A DNA stretch of 64,000 bases, from NCBI GenBank assembly GCA_030753015.1, contig JASMDC010000004.1, positions 1 through 64,000 on the forward strand, in the 5' to 3' direction. Shown here piece by piece: positions 27,666 through 36,625 of the stretch. Every line of letters begins with the position of its first letter. The first letter of the stretch is position 1. Source of the stretch: Candidatus Undinarchaeales archaeon. GTDB lineage: Archaea; SpSt-1190; JASMDC01. The translations under genes and the position numbers were made by a program. The notes beneath the pieces were generated by a model. It ran no database searches and was not told where the DNA came from. It saw nothing but the letters and a program-made list of their open reading frames with translations.

Positions 27666-28195
27666 CGGTGGCCGCAGTAGTACGAGTCGTACTCCACCTC
27701 GCTGTACTTCCGAACGCTCTGCCGGTCCTCCTTGCGGATGATGAACGCGTAGGCGTTGGCGTACTTGGCCTTGACCTTCTTCACGCGGAAGGAAAGCCCC
27801 AACGTCTCCAGAAGGTCCTCGATATACGACAGCTTCCATTGGCGGGGAGCAGAGAAGAAGTAGAAGGACTCCTCGAACACGAGGATGAAGGTGAACAGGA
27901 AGATGAAATCCAAAACGTGTCTTGACCACATTACATGGTTGTTGCAGCCAATGCCTGATGGAGGGTTCGCGAGCGGTGGCCGTAGTAGAACGAGTCGTAC
28001 TCATCCTCGCTGTACTTCCGGACGCTCTGCCTGTCCTCCTTGCGGATGACGAACGCATAGGCGTTGGCGTACTTGGCCTTGACCTTCTTCACACGGAAGG
28101 AAAGCCCTAATGTCTCTAAGAGATCCTCGATATACGACAGCTTCCACTGGCGCGGGGCAGAGAATAAATAGAAGGATTCCTCGAATACGAGGATG
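27666..28195. repeat. Direct 222-bp duplication (27666-27887 vs 27974-28195) of the permease-methyltransferase 3' end
   Basis: Manual alignment: 22 mismatches, no gaps, 16 synonymous; copy lies in ORF 27629..27931. Confidence 0.93.
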
Positions 28196-30048
28196 GTGGC
28201 ACGGCCGCCCCTCTTGAGCACGCGCTTGATCTCTCGGAAGAGGTTGTCGGTGCTCACCACCTCCTCGGAAAGGCCGATACCTACGATCTTGTCGAATTGT
28301 CGGTCCTTGAATGGGATGAACTCGGCATCGGCACGGACGTACGACACGTTGCGCAGGAGGGCTAAATGCTCCCTAGCGATCTCCAGGTCATGGAACCCAA
28401 CATCGGTTGCGTACACCCACTTGGCGTTCGCAGCGAGCTCGGGCACCAGTAGCCCGGTCCGGCAGGCGATCTCGAGCACGATATCATCGTGCTTAACGGC
28501 CGCTGTGCGAAGGAAGTTCTCGCGCATCCACTCGGGATAGGCGTACGCGGCCAGGGTGTCGTAGAAGGGTGCGATCATCTCGTTGAACGCCACAACGAAC
28601 TTCTCGTTGTGCTCTATTTGGAGGATGAAGTAGATGGGCACCCCCACGAGCACGAGCGACGTCCCCTTGAGGAACTCTAGCTGGTCCACCTGGGACATGA
28701 TAACGATGGTGGTCAGCACGCAGACGAGCGACACCAGGGAGAAGGCGGGGGTCTTGTACGGGCGCTCCATGGAAGGCTTGCTCAAACGGAGCACCGGGAC
28801 GGCAAGGAAGATGAGCGCGTACACGATGAGCGCCACGGGGATGAGCGCCGTGATGAGGGCGTGGAAGTCGGCCGTGAGCACGAGCACCGTGGCGAGGGCT
28901 GCCTGGATGATGAGGGCGTTGACCGGGGTCTTGTAGGTGGGGTCGAGCTTGGCGAAGAACGCGGGAAGCATCTCGTCCTTGGCCAGGGCGTAGGGGATGC
29001 GTGCGTGCGAGAGAATCCAGGAGTTGCAGCATCCGAGAAGGATGACCACCGTCCCCATCACGAGCCAGGGAACGGCGCGCGGGCCGAGGGCGGGGGTCCG
29101 CTCCACCACCAGGGCGATGGGGGCCTGACTCACTCCAAGCTCGCTCGCGGAGACCACGCCCAGGGACACAATCACCACGGACAGGTAGATGAACACGATG
29201 AGCACCGTGGACCAGACCAGTGCCGTCGGCACGGCGTGCTTGGGGTCCTTGGTCTCCTCTCCCAGGAAGGTAACGCACTCCCAGCCGATGAATGGCTCGA
29301 TGATGATGGCTGCCGCTGCCAGCAGCATCGCCCAGTTGGGCTCATGGAACTCGAGGAAGTTATCCACCTCGATGGCGGGGGCGCCGAAGAAGATGATGGC
29401 ACCCAGCACGACAAGTGTGATCACGGTGAACACGCGCTGGATCTTGGCGCCGAGCTTGACGCCAAGGTAGTTGAAGAAGGTGAGCACCCATAAAAAAGCC
29501 GCGGCCAGCATGCGGGCCCGCGGTTCCCCTATGTGGATCAGGTGGTCGAGGTACTCCACGATGCACGCGCTTATGACCATGGCGATGGTGACCCAGCCGA
29601 TGACCCACGCCGACCAGCCGACGAGGAAGCCGACGAACGGGCCGAAGGCCTCCTTGCAGTAGGTGTACACGCCGCCGGCCTCGGGGTACATGCTGGCCAG
29701 CTCGGCGATGCACATGGACATCATGATGGCCAGTGTCCCGATGGACGCCCACACGAAGATGGACTCGGGCCCGGCGATGCCGGCGGCGATGCCGGGTATC
29801 ATGAACACGCCCGAGCCCACGATGGCCCCGATGGAGAGGAACATGAGGTCGTACATGGAGAGCGTCCGCTCCATCTCGTCCATCTCGTCGAGCTCGAGCT
29901 CGGGGATGCGGCGGATGACCTCGTCATAGCTGATGCGTACGCGATGGTAAGGGCTGCGTCGGGGCATGCCCTTACCGCCGTAGGGACTATTAGCACCCAC
30001 AGATCCGGACGCATCATCATCCGATGACGGACCTTCCTCCTCCTTCAT
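27931..30048 (-). CDS. APC-family amino acid permease fused to a class I SAM-dependent methyltransferase domain
   Basis: GAIVGSGVF, AELASMYPEAGG.Y, EETKDP, RIPYALAKD, RPYK; C-terminal VLEIACRTG, ADAEFIPF..FD, EIKRVLKRGG. Confidence 0.88.
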   Translation of the reverse strand: MKEEEGPSSDDDASGSVGANSPYGGKGMPRRSPYHRVRISYDEVIRRIPELELDEMDEMERTLSMYDLMFLSIGAIVGSGVFMIPGIAAGIAGPESIFVWASIGTLAIMMSMCIAELASMYPEAGGVYTYCKEAFGPFVGFLVGWSAWVIGWVTIAMVISACIVEYLDHLIHIGEPRARMLAAAFLWVLTFFNYLGVKLGAKIQRVFTVITLVVLGAIIFFGAPAIEVDNFLEFHEPNWAMLLAAAAIIIEPFIGWECVTFLGEETKDPKHAVPTALVWSTVLIVFIYLSVVIVSLGVVSASELGVSQAPIALVVERTPALGPRAVPWLVMGTVVILLGCCNSWILSHARIPYALAKDEMLPAFFAKLDPTYKTPVNALIIQAALATVLVLTADFHALITALIPVALIVYALIFLAVPVLRLSKPSMERPYKTPAFSLVSLVCVLTTIVIMSQVDQLEFLKGTSLVLVGVPIYFILQIEHNEKFVVAFNEMIAPFYDTLAAYAYPEWMRENFLRTAAVKHDDIVLEIACRTGLLVPELAANAKWVYATDVGFHDLEIAREHLALLRNVSYVRADAEFIPFKDRQFDKIVGIGLSEEVVSTDNLFREIKRVLKRGGRATILVFEESFYLFSAPRQWKLSYIEDLLETLGLSFRVKKVKAKYANAYAFVIRKEDRQSVRKYSEDEYDSFYYGHRSRTLHQALAATTM

Positions 30049-30157
30049 CTGATAGAACAAGTAGGAGCATATCATTAAATATGATTCGATGCGGGCCGTA
30101 TTAACAACCGTGCTAATTTTAATCCGTTAAGTCGGCTTCTTGACAGCACAAGAACCG

Positions 30158-30343
30158 CTACCAGGGGATGGCGTATCCCAGCTCCCAGACTATGTTCCGT
30201 ATCGTGCCCACGAAGAGGATGGAGAAGAATAGGAGTGATATACCGAGCGACAGCATGTAGAGGATACGCTCACCATGGATGTCGTGGAAATCAGAAGGAC
30301 GATGAGATTGACGACGAGCGTGAAGGGATTCACAGATCATCAC
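30158..30343 (-). CDS. Small single-TM protein (start uncertain)
   Basis: One hydrophobic helix; overlaps the YkgJ stop. Confidence 0.3.
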   Translation of the reverse strand: MMICESLHARRQSHRPSDFHDIHGERILYMLSLGISLLFFSILFVGTIRNIVWELGYAIPW

Positions 30344-30785
30344 TCACGGGTGCTTTCTCTTTCTCGTCGGCCATTACCTCGCGGTGGAGCGCGATGAGGT
30401 CCCAGAGATGCACGGGCTCGCCCTCACCCACCGCCGGGCAGGAACGGAAGGCGACCAGCGTCAGTCGCTGGCCATCCAGTTCCACAAAAGCCCGTCCACC
30501 CTCCACAGGGGTTCGCGAGAGGGCAAACGGGTATAGCCGACAGGCCGTGGGGCGGTGGGGGTGTACACTGCACTGGAGCGCCTCGGGATCAAGGAACACA
30601 CAGCCCAGGTCCCATTCACGCTTCGTGAGGACAGGATCGACGTTCTTACCATGGACAAGCACTCGAACGAAGCTACGATCGACCTCTTCGGCCAGCCGGT
30701 CAACGTCACGCATCAACAGCGGAACCTCGTACCGTCGGCAGCACTCCCCGCATCCCCGACATGTGAACCGCACGTCCAGGTCCAC
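30330..30785 (-). CDS. YkgJ family cysteine-cluster (CxxCxxCC) protein
   Basis: FTCRGCGECC, CVFL, CSVHPHRPTACRLYPF, SCP. Confidence 0.85.
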   Translation of the reverse strand: MDLDVRFTCRGCGECCRRYEVPLLMRDVDRLAEEVDRSFVRVLVHGKNVDPVLTKREWDLGCVFLDPEALQCSVHPHRPTACRLYPFALSRTPVEGGRAFVELDGQRLTLVAFRSCPAVGEGEPVHLWDLIALHREVMADEKEKAPVSDDL

Positions 30786-30866
30786 GGGGATGACGTCCTC
30801 GATATAGGCTTCGACGATGGTATTCCCCTACAGAGGTGAGTATACCAACGGTTAAATGGGTTGGCC

Positions 30867-31097
30867 CCCGATGTAAGGAACGGGATTTCCGGTACCTCGA
30901 TTAAAAGTGTACCGCACTTCTGCGCGAGAGCTTCCATGTCCGGCGAAGTACTATGGCAGCTTTTCCAAGGGACGGACCTTCTGACGGGGACCGTGCTCGT
31001 TCCCAGTCTCCCCCTAGAACGAATGTGGATCAGGCCGAAGCGGTATTCCCAGGAAACGTTGGTCTGTGAGCTGCCTACCGATCAGTTAAACATCGGG
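30867..31097 (+). ncRNA. Candidate structured non-coding RNA of unknown family
   Basis: Terminal stem CCCGATGT/ACATCGGG enclosing at least five further helices; G-U pairs and a GAGA tetraloop favour the + strand. Confidence 0.5.
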
Positions 31098-31134
31098 TAC
31101 TCCGGCGATGGTCTGGATCGTATGGTGAATGGAC

Positions 31135-31527
31135 CTAGGTAGCCATGAGCCCAAACTGGAGCAGCACTACGAAGAAAAGCATCCAGAGGATGGAGAGTGT
31201 GAAGAGATAGAATGAGAGGCGGGACAACCATTCGTACTGCTTGGAGTTGCGCTCCGCGGCCAGTGCCAGAACGGTCACGTAGCTTGTGAGGCCGAAGAAC
31301 ACCACCGACGCGATGAGATAGATCCCGATCATGCCAGGAAGTACCATCCCCGACATCTTGAGAGAGTAGAGGATACCCACGACCGCCAGACATATGCCCG
31401 CGAACTCGGACGAGGTGTCGCAGATGGATTCCAGCGCGTCCCTGCTGATCCCCTTCTCCATGGAGGGCATGTGCACGTCCTGGAGCCGGGCGTAGTAAGG
31501 ATTCTCGCGGATGCTATCCGGCAGCAT
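31135..31527 (-). CDS. Small 3-TM membrane protein
   Basis: ATG 31527 with GAGGT SD; hydrophobic segments. Confidence 0.6.
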   Translation of the reverse strand: MLPDSIRENPYYARLQDVHMPSMEKGISRDALESICDTSSEFAGICLAVVGILYSLKMSGMVLPGMIGIYLIASVVFFGLTSYVTVLALAAERNSKQYEWLSRLSFYLFTLSILWMLFFVVLLQFGLMAT

Positions 31528-32071
31528 TGACCTCACCCCCCATGAGCCGAAGGAACTCCTTCCGGTTGGTCTCGTTGCATCCGAAGTCCACCCACTCCAC
31601 CGTGAAGTTCCCATGGTCCTCGGCCCGGCGCTGAAGCACGTCGAAGAGGCAGCAATGCCCGAGCAGTCGCTCGGCCTCCCTGAACCGGACCCCCTCCTCA
31701 CCCAGCATCTTCCGAGCGAGGGTGACGTTCTGGCTCAGTAACCGACACTCTCGGGACTGTTGGAGGATGACACAGCCGCCGGGCGAACACGTCACGTCGA
31801 ACGGCTCGAACGTGTCGTTCACACTCCCGACTCTGTGAATGTTGTCACGATGCTTGGTAAGGACGTCATTCCCCTTGACCTTTAGGGCGTCCTGACCCAT
31901 GAACATCATGCTGGTGAACGTCCCGAGCACGAGCACCGCTATAGCAAGGCACATAGCTAAAGGAGGGATGCCGGTGAGGTCGAGCTCGCCAGAGATCACC
32001 CACTCAACGATGATGACCAGGCACACGAATACGAAACCGAGCACAACGGCCAGGAAGAGGAAGTCCAGCAT
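31514..32071 (-). CDS. 2-TM membrane protein with Cys-containing soluble domain
   Basis: Two N-terminal TM helices; co-oriented in a tightly packed cluster. Confidence 0.6.
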   Translation of the reverse strand: MLDFLFLAVVLGFVFVCLVIIVEWVISGELDLTGIPPLAMCLAIAVLVLGTFTSMMFMGQDALKVKGNDVLTKHRDNIHRVGSVNDTFEPFDVTCSPGGCVILQQSRECRLLSQNVTLARKMLGEEGVRFREAERLLGHCCLFDVLQRRAEDHGNFTVEWVDFGCNETNRKEFLRLMGGEVNAAG

Positions 32072-32095
32072 CGGGGAGAGGGGGGGTCGTTGAAC

Positions 32096-34390
32096 CTATT
32101 TAAACTCTTGGCCCTCGCATCCTATCTCTGCCTTCACGGGGGGGCCGCCCGTGATACGTGTAATGGAGAGTCGACCGTCCGGCTCCGCCTCGACGACGAT
32201 CTCCGATATGTCCCGGAGCATGGCCAGACTCTCGGCCGTGCAGATCTTTGCGTCCACTCCGACCACGAGAGTTGAATCGTTGTTCTCGCACAACGACTTC
32301 ACGTGGGAAACGAACTTGTAGAGCAGCGTCGTATCCTCCTTCAAGGCCGACGGCGGCAGTTCCAGGACAGTACAAACGGAGCCAACAGGGAAGGACTGGA
32401 AGGCACGCCGCAGTTCCCAAGATATAGTGTTGAGCATGGCTCCGATGAGATGACATCCAGGCCCTATCTCCTTTGATGTGTCCATGTTCGGATCAACGGA
32501 TAGTAGTTTGAGCCTGCCTTGGGCGAGGGCGTCATCGACAGGATCAAGTCGCTCCATCAAACGCATGAGTATCGTGTGACGCGCCTGCGACACCCATACC
32601 GCATGGCGGTGGAGGCCCAGGTTCTTGGTGATGAATGTGGAGTAAAAATGCTCCTTTGCGAAACCGGGATTGTGGATTAAAAGCACGGAGAAATGGGCAG
32701 GGATATGCCCTGCTGGTCCATCAATGACCTCGAATCCCCATGGGTGACCGGACGCGAAGAGCGCATTGGTGAATAGGTCCGTGAGACCTGCCGCCTGGAA
32801 CACCGGCCGTTCAGCAACAGGTCGGACGGTGAGATCTAGGACATGTTTGATATCGTCTCGGCTCATGATGTTCTTGAGCTTGAAATGGATCTCGGCAAGG
32901 GTCCGCCTATAGCGGGCTACGAGCTCGGCGTAGGCTTTCTTTCTCCCCCGGGCCTTGCGCAGCTGCTCCATCGTACCGGCGACATCAACGATGGGCGGGC
33001 CGATCTTTTCCGCTGTCACTGCGTCCTCCCCCCAGATGTCTTTCAGCGTCTGGATGAGGATGCTGCGGAAACCGGCCTCCAGCGGGAGGGCAGGGAATAG
33101 TGCAGTGAACGCCTCCTCCATACCTTGGACGGCTACCTGATCTCTTGGCAGGATGAATCCGGCCACGGCCGGAGGGAGGTTCTCGTTATCGTCGCCGAAC
33201 ACTCGGTACAGCTCTTTCCTGAGCTGCTTATCTGTGTACTTGCGATCTGTATTGGGCGGTGAGAGCGTGGTGAGCAGATCGACCATTCCATTGAAGATGA
33301 GCGAAAGGTCCCCAACGTTGTCGCTGTCCTCGAGGTCGATAGCATGTGCGTCGAAAGTCCTGTCCTGAGCATCGAACGAGAGGTCGCGCAGTGCGGGATT
33401 CTCAGCCTTCACCTCGTTCACGAGCGCTTCCAGTTCCACGGTCCTGATGAACCTTCCAGCAAGGTCACAGATCGCCTCGACCATCGCCTCGCCCGCCGCT
33501 CCCTCCTCCTCTCGATGACGTCCCTTAGTCGATACCCTGGCGAAGGAAGCGTTCAGCATGGCGAGGGCCTGCACCTGAATACCCAGACCTATGATGGAGC
33601 ATAGGAATCCCAAGGACACGAAGATGAATGTCTCACTGAACACGCGGAGTCTGAGATGCGACGACATCATGTACGCCTCGGTCGCGTACACGCCGACGAA
33701 CATAATCATCAGTACGTAGTAGACCATGAGCTCCTGTAGGTTCTTGAATGAGGGGATTCGCTTGAGGAGCTGACCGGTTATCCGACCGCCATACGCTACT
33801 AGAAGGATGAATGAAGCTGTGATCGCTGTAACGAATGGGCCGAGCACGGTGTCCACGTTCAGTGGGGGGGCCCACATGAAGGGGAGGATGGCACTCCCGA
33901 GAGTGATGATGGCGGCTGATGCCAGATAGCGAGTGTTCTTGGAAGCGAAGAGATCGAGCTCTAGCGAGAAGACCGTGCACCACGAGCGGAAGAAGGCCAA
34001 GGCCGTCACCACCATAATGAGGACGAGGAGGAGCCTGATACCAGTGAGTGCAACGGGGACCGTGGCAAGACGTTCCTCGTAAAGGGTACGGGGAACTGCG
34101 AACTCGCTAGCGTTGATGAGCACGAGCCCAAGCACGATGAGCAGGTGACCTAGGGTCATGGCATCCCAAACGCGCGACTTGATTTTATCGTTGATCTCCG
34201 CAACGGCTACAAGGAGCGCATAGAGCGCAAAGATCCAAACGACCAGAACGAGTCCGACGTGCAGGGGATAGTATGCATCGATGGCCAGATCGGTCGCTGC
34301 CGTCCCCTGGACGGGGAGAAGAACGGCCGCCAAGGCCACGAGAGCGAACAAGCCCTCCCTAGTCGATCTTGGCTTCACCACTTCGTTCAC
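32096..34390 (-). CDS. Multi-TM protein with C-terminal degenerate KaiC/RecA-like domain (paralog 1)
   Basis: About 8 TMs; WGFEVIDGPAGHIPAHFSVLLIHNPGFAKEHF aligns to KaiC TG..GLD..GG.P..S.VL..G.PG.GKT.F. Confidence 0.7.
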   Translation of the reverse strand: MNEVVKPRSTREGLFALVALAAVLLPVQGTAATDLAIDAYYPLHVGLVLVVWIFALYALLVAVAEINDKIKSRVWDAMTLGHLLIVLGLVLINASEFAVPRTLYEERLATVPVALTGIRLLLVLIMVVTALAFFRSWCTVFSLELDLFASKNTRYLASAAIITLGSAILPFMWAPPLNVDTVLGPFVTAITASFILLVAYGGRITGQLLKRIPSFKNLQELMVYYVLMIMFVGVYATEAYMMSSHLRLRVFSETFIFVSLGFLCSIIGLGIQVQALAMLNASFARVSTKGRHREEEGAAGEAMVEAICDLAGRFIRTVELEALVNEVKAENPALRDLSFDAQDRTFDAHAIDLEDSDNVGDLSLIFNGMVDLLTTLSPPNTDRKYTDKQLRKELYRVFGDDNENLPPAVAGFILPRDQVAVQGMEEAFTALFPALPLEAGFRSILIQTLKDIWGEDAVTAEKIGPPIVDVAGTMEQLRKARGRKKAYAELVARYRRTLAEIHFKLKNIMSRDDIKHVLDLTVRPVAERPVFQAAGLTDLFTNALFASGHPWGFEVIDGPAGHIPAHFSVLLIHNPGFAKEHFYSTFITKNLGLHRHAVWVSQARHTILMRLMERLDPVDDALAQGRLKLLSVDPNMDTSKEIGPGCHLIGAMLNTISWELRRAFQSFPVGSVCTVLELPPSALKEDTTLLYKFVSHVKSLCENNDSTLVVGVDAKICTAESLAMLRDISEIVVEAEPDGRLSITRITGGPPVKAEIGCEGQEFK

Positions 34391-36569
34391 CTGACAGTGC
34401 GTTGATTATTAAGGTGTCCGCTCCCTGTGCTCGGGCCACCGTTTCGCACATCCCCTCAAGGACCGTGCGAGCGACGCCCGTGAGCGTACGTTCGTTCACG
34501 ACCACCATGAGGAGCGCACGATGTGTCTCACAAACGCCCTTGATGCGATAAAGATCCTTGTATAGGTCCTCATCCTCCTCGTTAAGCGCGGCGATGGGGA
34601 GCTCTACGACCACCATCGTGGCATTGGGAGGATGTTCCCGGAAAAGGTTTGCGAGCGTCGATGCCATGTTGTTGAGCTCGGGGCTCGCCGACACGATGCC
34701 CGGCCCTATATCGCGCTTACCGCTTGTTCGGGGATCGAGCGTGCAGAACACGAGGCGTTTCCCCTCTCGCAGCGCGTCCACGTCTATGCCCCCCTCGGTC
34801 CGCAGCACTCGCCGCAGGGTGCTGGCGCGGGCCGGTGAAAACCAGATCGCGTTCCTCCAAGCCGCGAGGTTCGCACCCAGAAACCGGGAGATGAAGAGCT
34901 CCTTGGCGAATCCCGTACCATGAACGACCAGGATGGAGAACTTGGTATCGATCCGACCCGCCACGTCATCAAGTCCCTCTGAGCCCCAAGTATGGTCTTT
35001 GGAAAAGAATGCATTGGCGAAGAGATCATTGACACCTGCCACCTTGTAGAGCGGGGATGATGAGAGGGGCCCAAGACGTTTGGTGAGCGCTTCCCGGAGT
35101 TGTTCGCGGCCAATGACACGTTCCTGCCTGAGGCATAGGCGAGCATAGCTGCGCAACCACGCTTCCTCCACGTCGCCGATGGGCCACCGGGCCGCGAAGC
35201 CGGTGATGTCCACGATGACAGTACCATCTTCAATGTATTCGACGTACTCCGATCCCCAGGCCTCCGCGAGCTCTTCGGCCACGAGAGATCCGACGAGGTC
35301 GGTCCCGACGATCGAAAGGAGCCGCTCCAGAGCCTCAGTTACGCCTTTGACCACGGCGTCCTCACGGTCCATAAGGAAGCCAGCTATCCCGGGAGGGAGG
35401 TTGTCAAGTTTGTCCGTTACGCCTTTCCGGGCCACCTTTCTGATACGCTCCTTTGTATACCCTTCCTTCGCAAGAGGGGGGATCGCTCCATCGAGAAGGC
35501 TTACAAGACGATGGAAGAACGAGGACAGGTCAGCGAGCGTTCCCTCGTCGCTCAGGTCCAGATCACCAAGAACGACCTGTTGCACCTCTTCATCGATACT
35601 GACCTCTGCAAGAGATGGATGGTCGGGCTTCATCTCATCCAGGAGACGTTCGACGAGCCCCACATCGAGGAAGAGGGAGAGCAGGCGGGAGAGCACCTCT
35701 TCGATCGGGCCTTGAGTAGCGGTCCGACGCATCCCCGAGACGTCCTTGAGCACGACGGCAAGGGTGAACAATCGCAGTGCCCGGGTCTGGAGCACGAAGC
35801 CGATGAGGAGAATGACCGCCCCCGCATAGGAATAGAACGCCGTGTGGGCCAGCATCCGCTGGAGGTCGACATCCTCAAGGGACCAGGCCTCGAGCATTGA
35901 GACGATCACCAGAGCGACGAGCATGACCGCGTACACGGCCATCCAAACGAGGTGTGATTGGGCCGGATTGTCGCGGATGACGAGGAGTGATGTGGCGGTG
36001 AGATAGAGAGCGAAGACGATGATCGCTATCCCTGCAATTGAGGGGAAGAGCATTGTACTGGCAGTGACCTCGATGACTGGATGCCACACGGCCGGGAGCA
36101 CGGTGGCCACCCCGGTCAGAACCAGTGCCACAAGAAGGAAATGGATGGTCCCCGGTGAGAAGGGAGCGGGTCTGATCCGAAGCGCGCGGCACCACTCCAC
36201 AAGGATAAAGAACCCGGAGAGGGCCATGGTGAAGAGGAGCACGGCCTTGCCGCCTACGATGTTCGCCCTCGCAGCGAACAACGAATGAGGTAAGGAAAGG
36301 TAGCTGGCAAGGAGGAGGGCCATACCCAGAACGGACACTACTTGACCGATAGCGAGATATTCCCACGCCCGGGTCCTAAGTCGCAACTTCAGCTCACGAG
36401 CATAGACGAGGACAAGGAAGAATATGAGGGTCCATGCTCCGTTGATGAGCACGGTGGCAGAAATGGGCAGGTCATGGATTGCCAGCCGGTCCACACCAAG
36501 GCCGGGGATCAAGAGGAGAAAAAGGACGATGAGCAGGCCTAGAAGGGCTCTTGTAAGGGCTGTCGCCAT
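34359..36569 (-). CDS. Multi-TM protein with C-terminal degenerate KaiC/RecA-like domain (paralog 2)
   Basis: Same architecture; WGSEGLDDVAGRIDTKFSILVVHGTGFAKELF; shares NLPP.(V/I)AGF, AG..DLF.NA.F and VELP with paralog 1. Confidence 0.7.
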   Translation of the reverse strand: MATALTRALLGLLIVLFLLLIPGLGVDRLAIHDLPISATVLINGAWTLIFFLVLVYARELKLRLRTRAWEYLAIGQVVSVLGMALLLASYLSLPHSLFAARANIVGGKAVLLFTMALSGFFILVEWCRALRIRPAPFSPGTIHFLLVALVLTGVATVLPAVWHPVIEVTASTMLFPSIAGIAIIVFALYLTATSLLVIRDNPAQSHLVWMAVYAVMLVALVIVSMLEAWSLEDVDLQRMLAHTAFYSYAGAVILLIGFVLQTRALRLFTLAVVLKDVSGMRRTATQGPIEEVLSRLLSLFLDVGLVERLLDEMKPDHPSLAEVSIDEEVQQVVLGDLDLSDEGTLADLSSFFHRLVSLLDGAIPPLAKEGYTKERIRKVARKGVTDKLDNLPPGIAGFLMDREDAVVKGVTEALERLLSIVGTDLVGSLVAEELAEAWGSEYVEYIEDGTVIVDITGFAARWPIGDVEEAWLRSYARLCLRQERVIGREQLREALTKRLGPLSSSPLYKVAGVNDLFANAFFSKDHTWGSEGLDDVAGRIDTKFSILVVHGTGFAKELFISRFLGANLAAWRNAIWFSPARASTLRRVLRTEGGIDVDALREGKRLVFCTLDPRTSGKRDIGPGIVSASPELNNMASTLANLFREHPPNATMVVVELPIAALNEEDEDLYKDLYRIKGVCETHRALLMVVVNERTLTGVARTVLEGMCETVARAQGADTLIINALSGERSGEAKID

Positions 36570-36625
36570 CGCTGCCTAGTACCCCGACCATGCTTTAAAT
36601 GCCTATGGTGGCGCCCGCGGCAGGC

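Noticed and set aside
27666-28195. Diversity-generating retroelement TR/VR pair
   Set aside because: Mismatches are not adenine-specific on either strand, are mostly synonymous, and no reverse transcriptase is in the window.
30980-31060. Hammerhead ribozyme or SRP RNA identity for the structured element
   Set aside because: CTGACGG lacks the CUGAnGA core and sits in a hairpin loop; the SRP helix-8 motif (CAGG..CGGAAG..AGCA) is absent.
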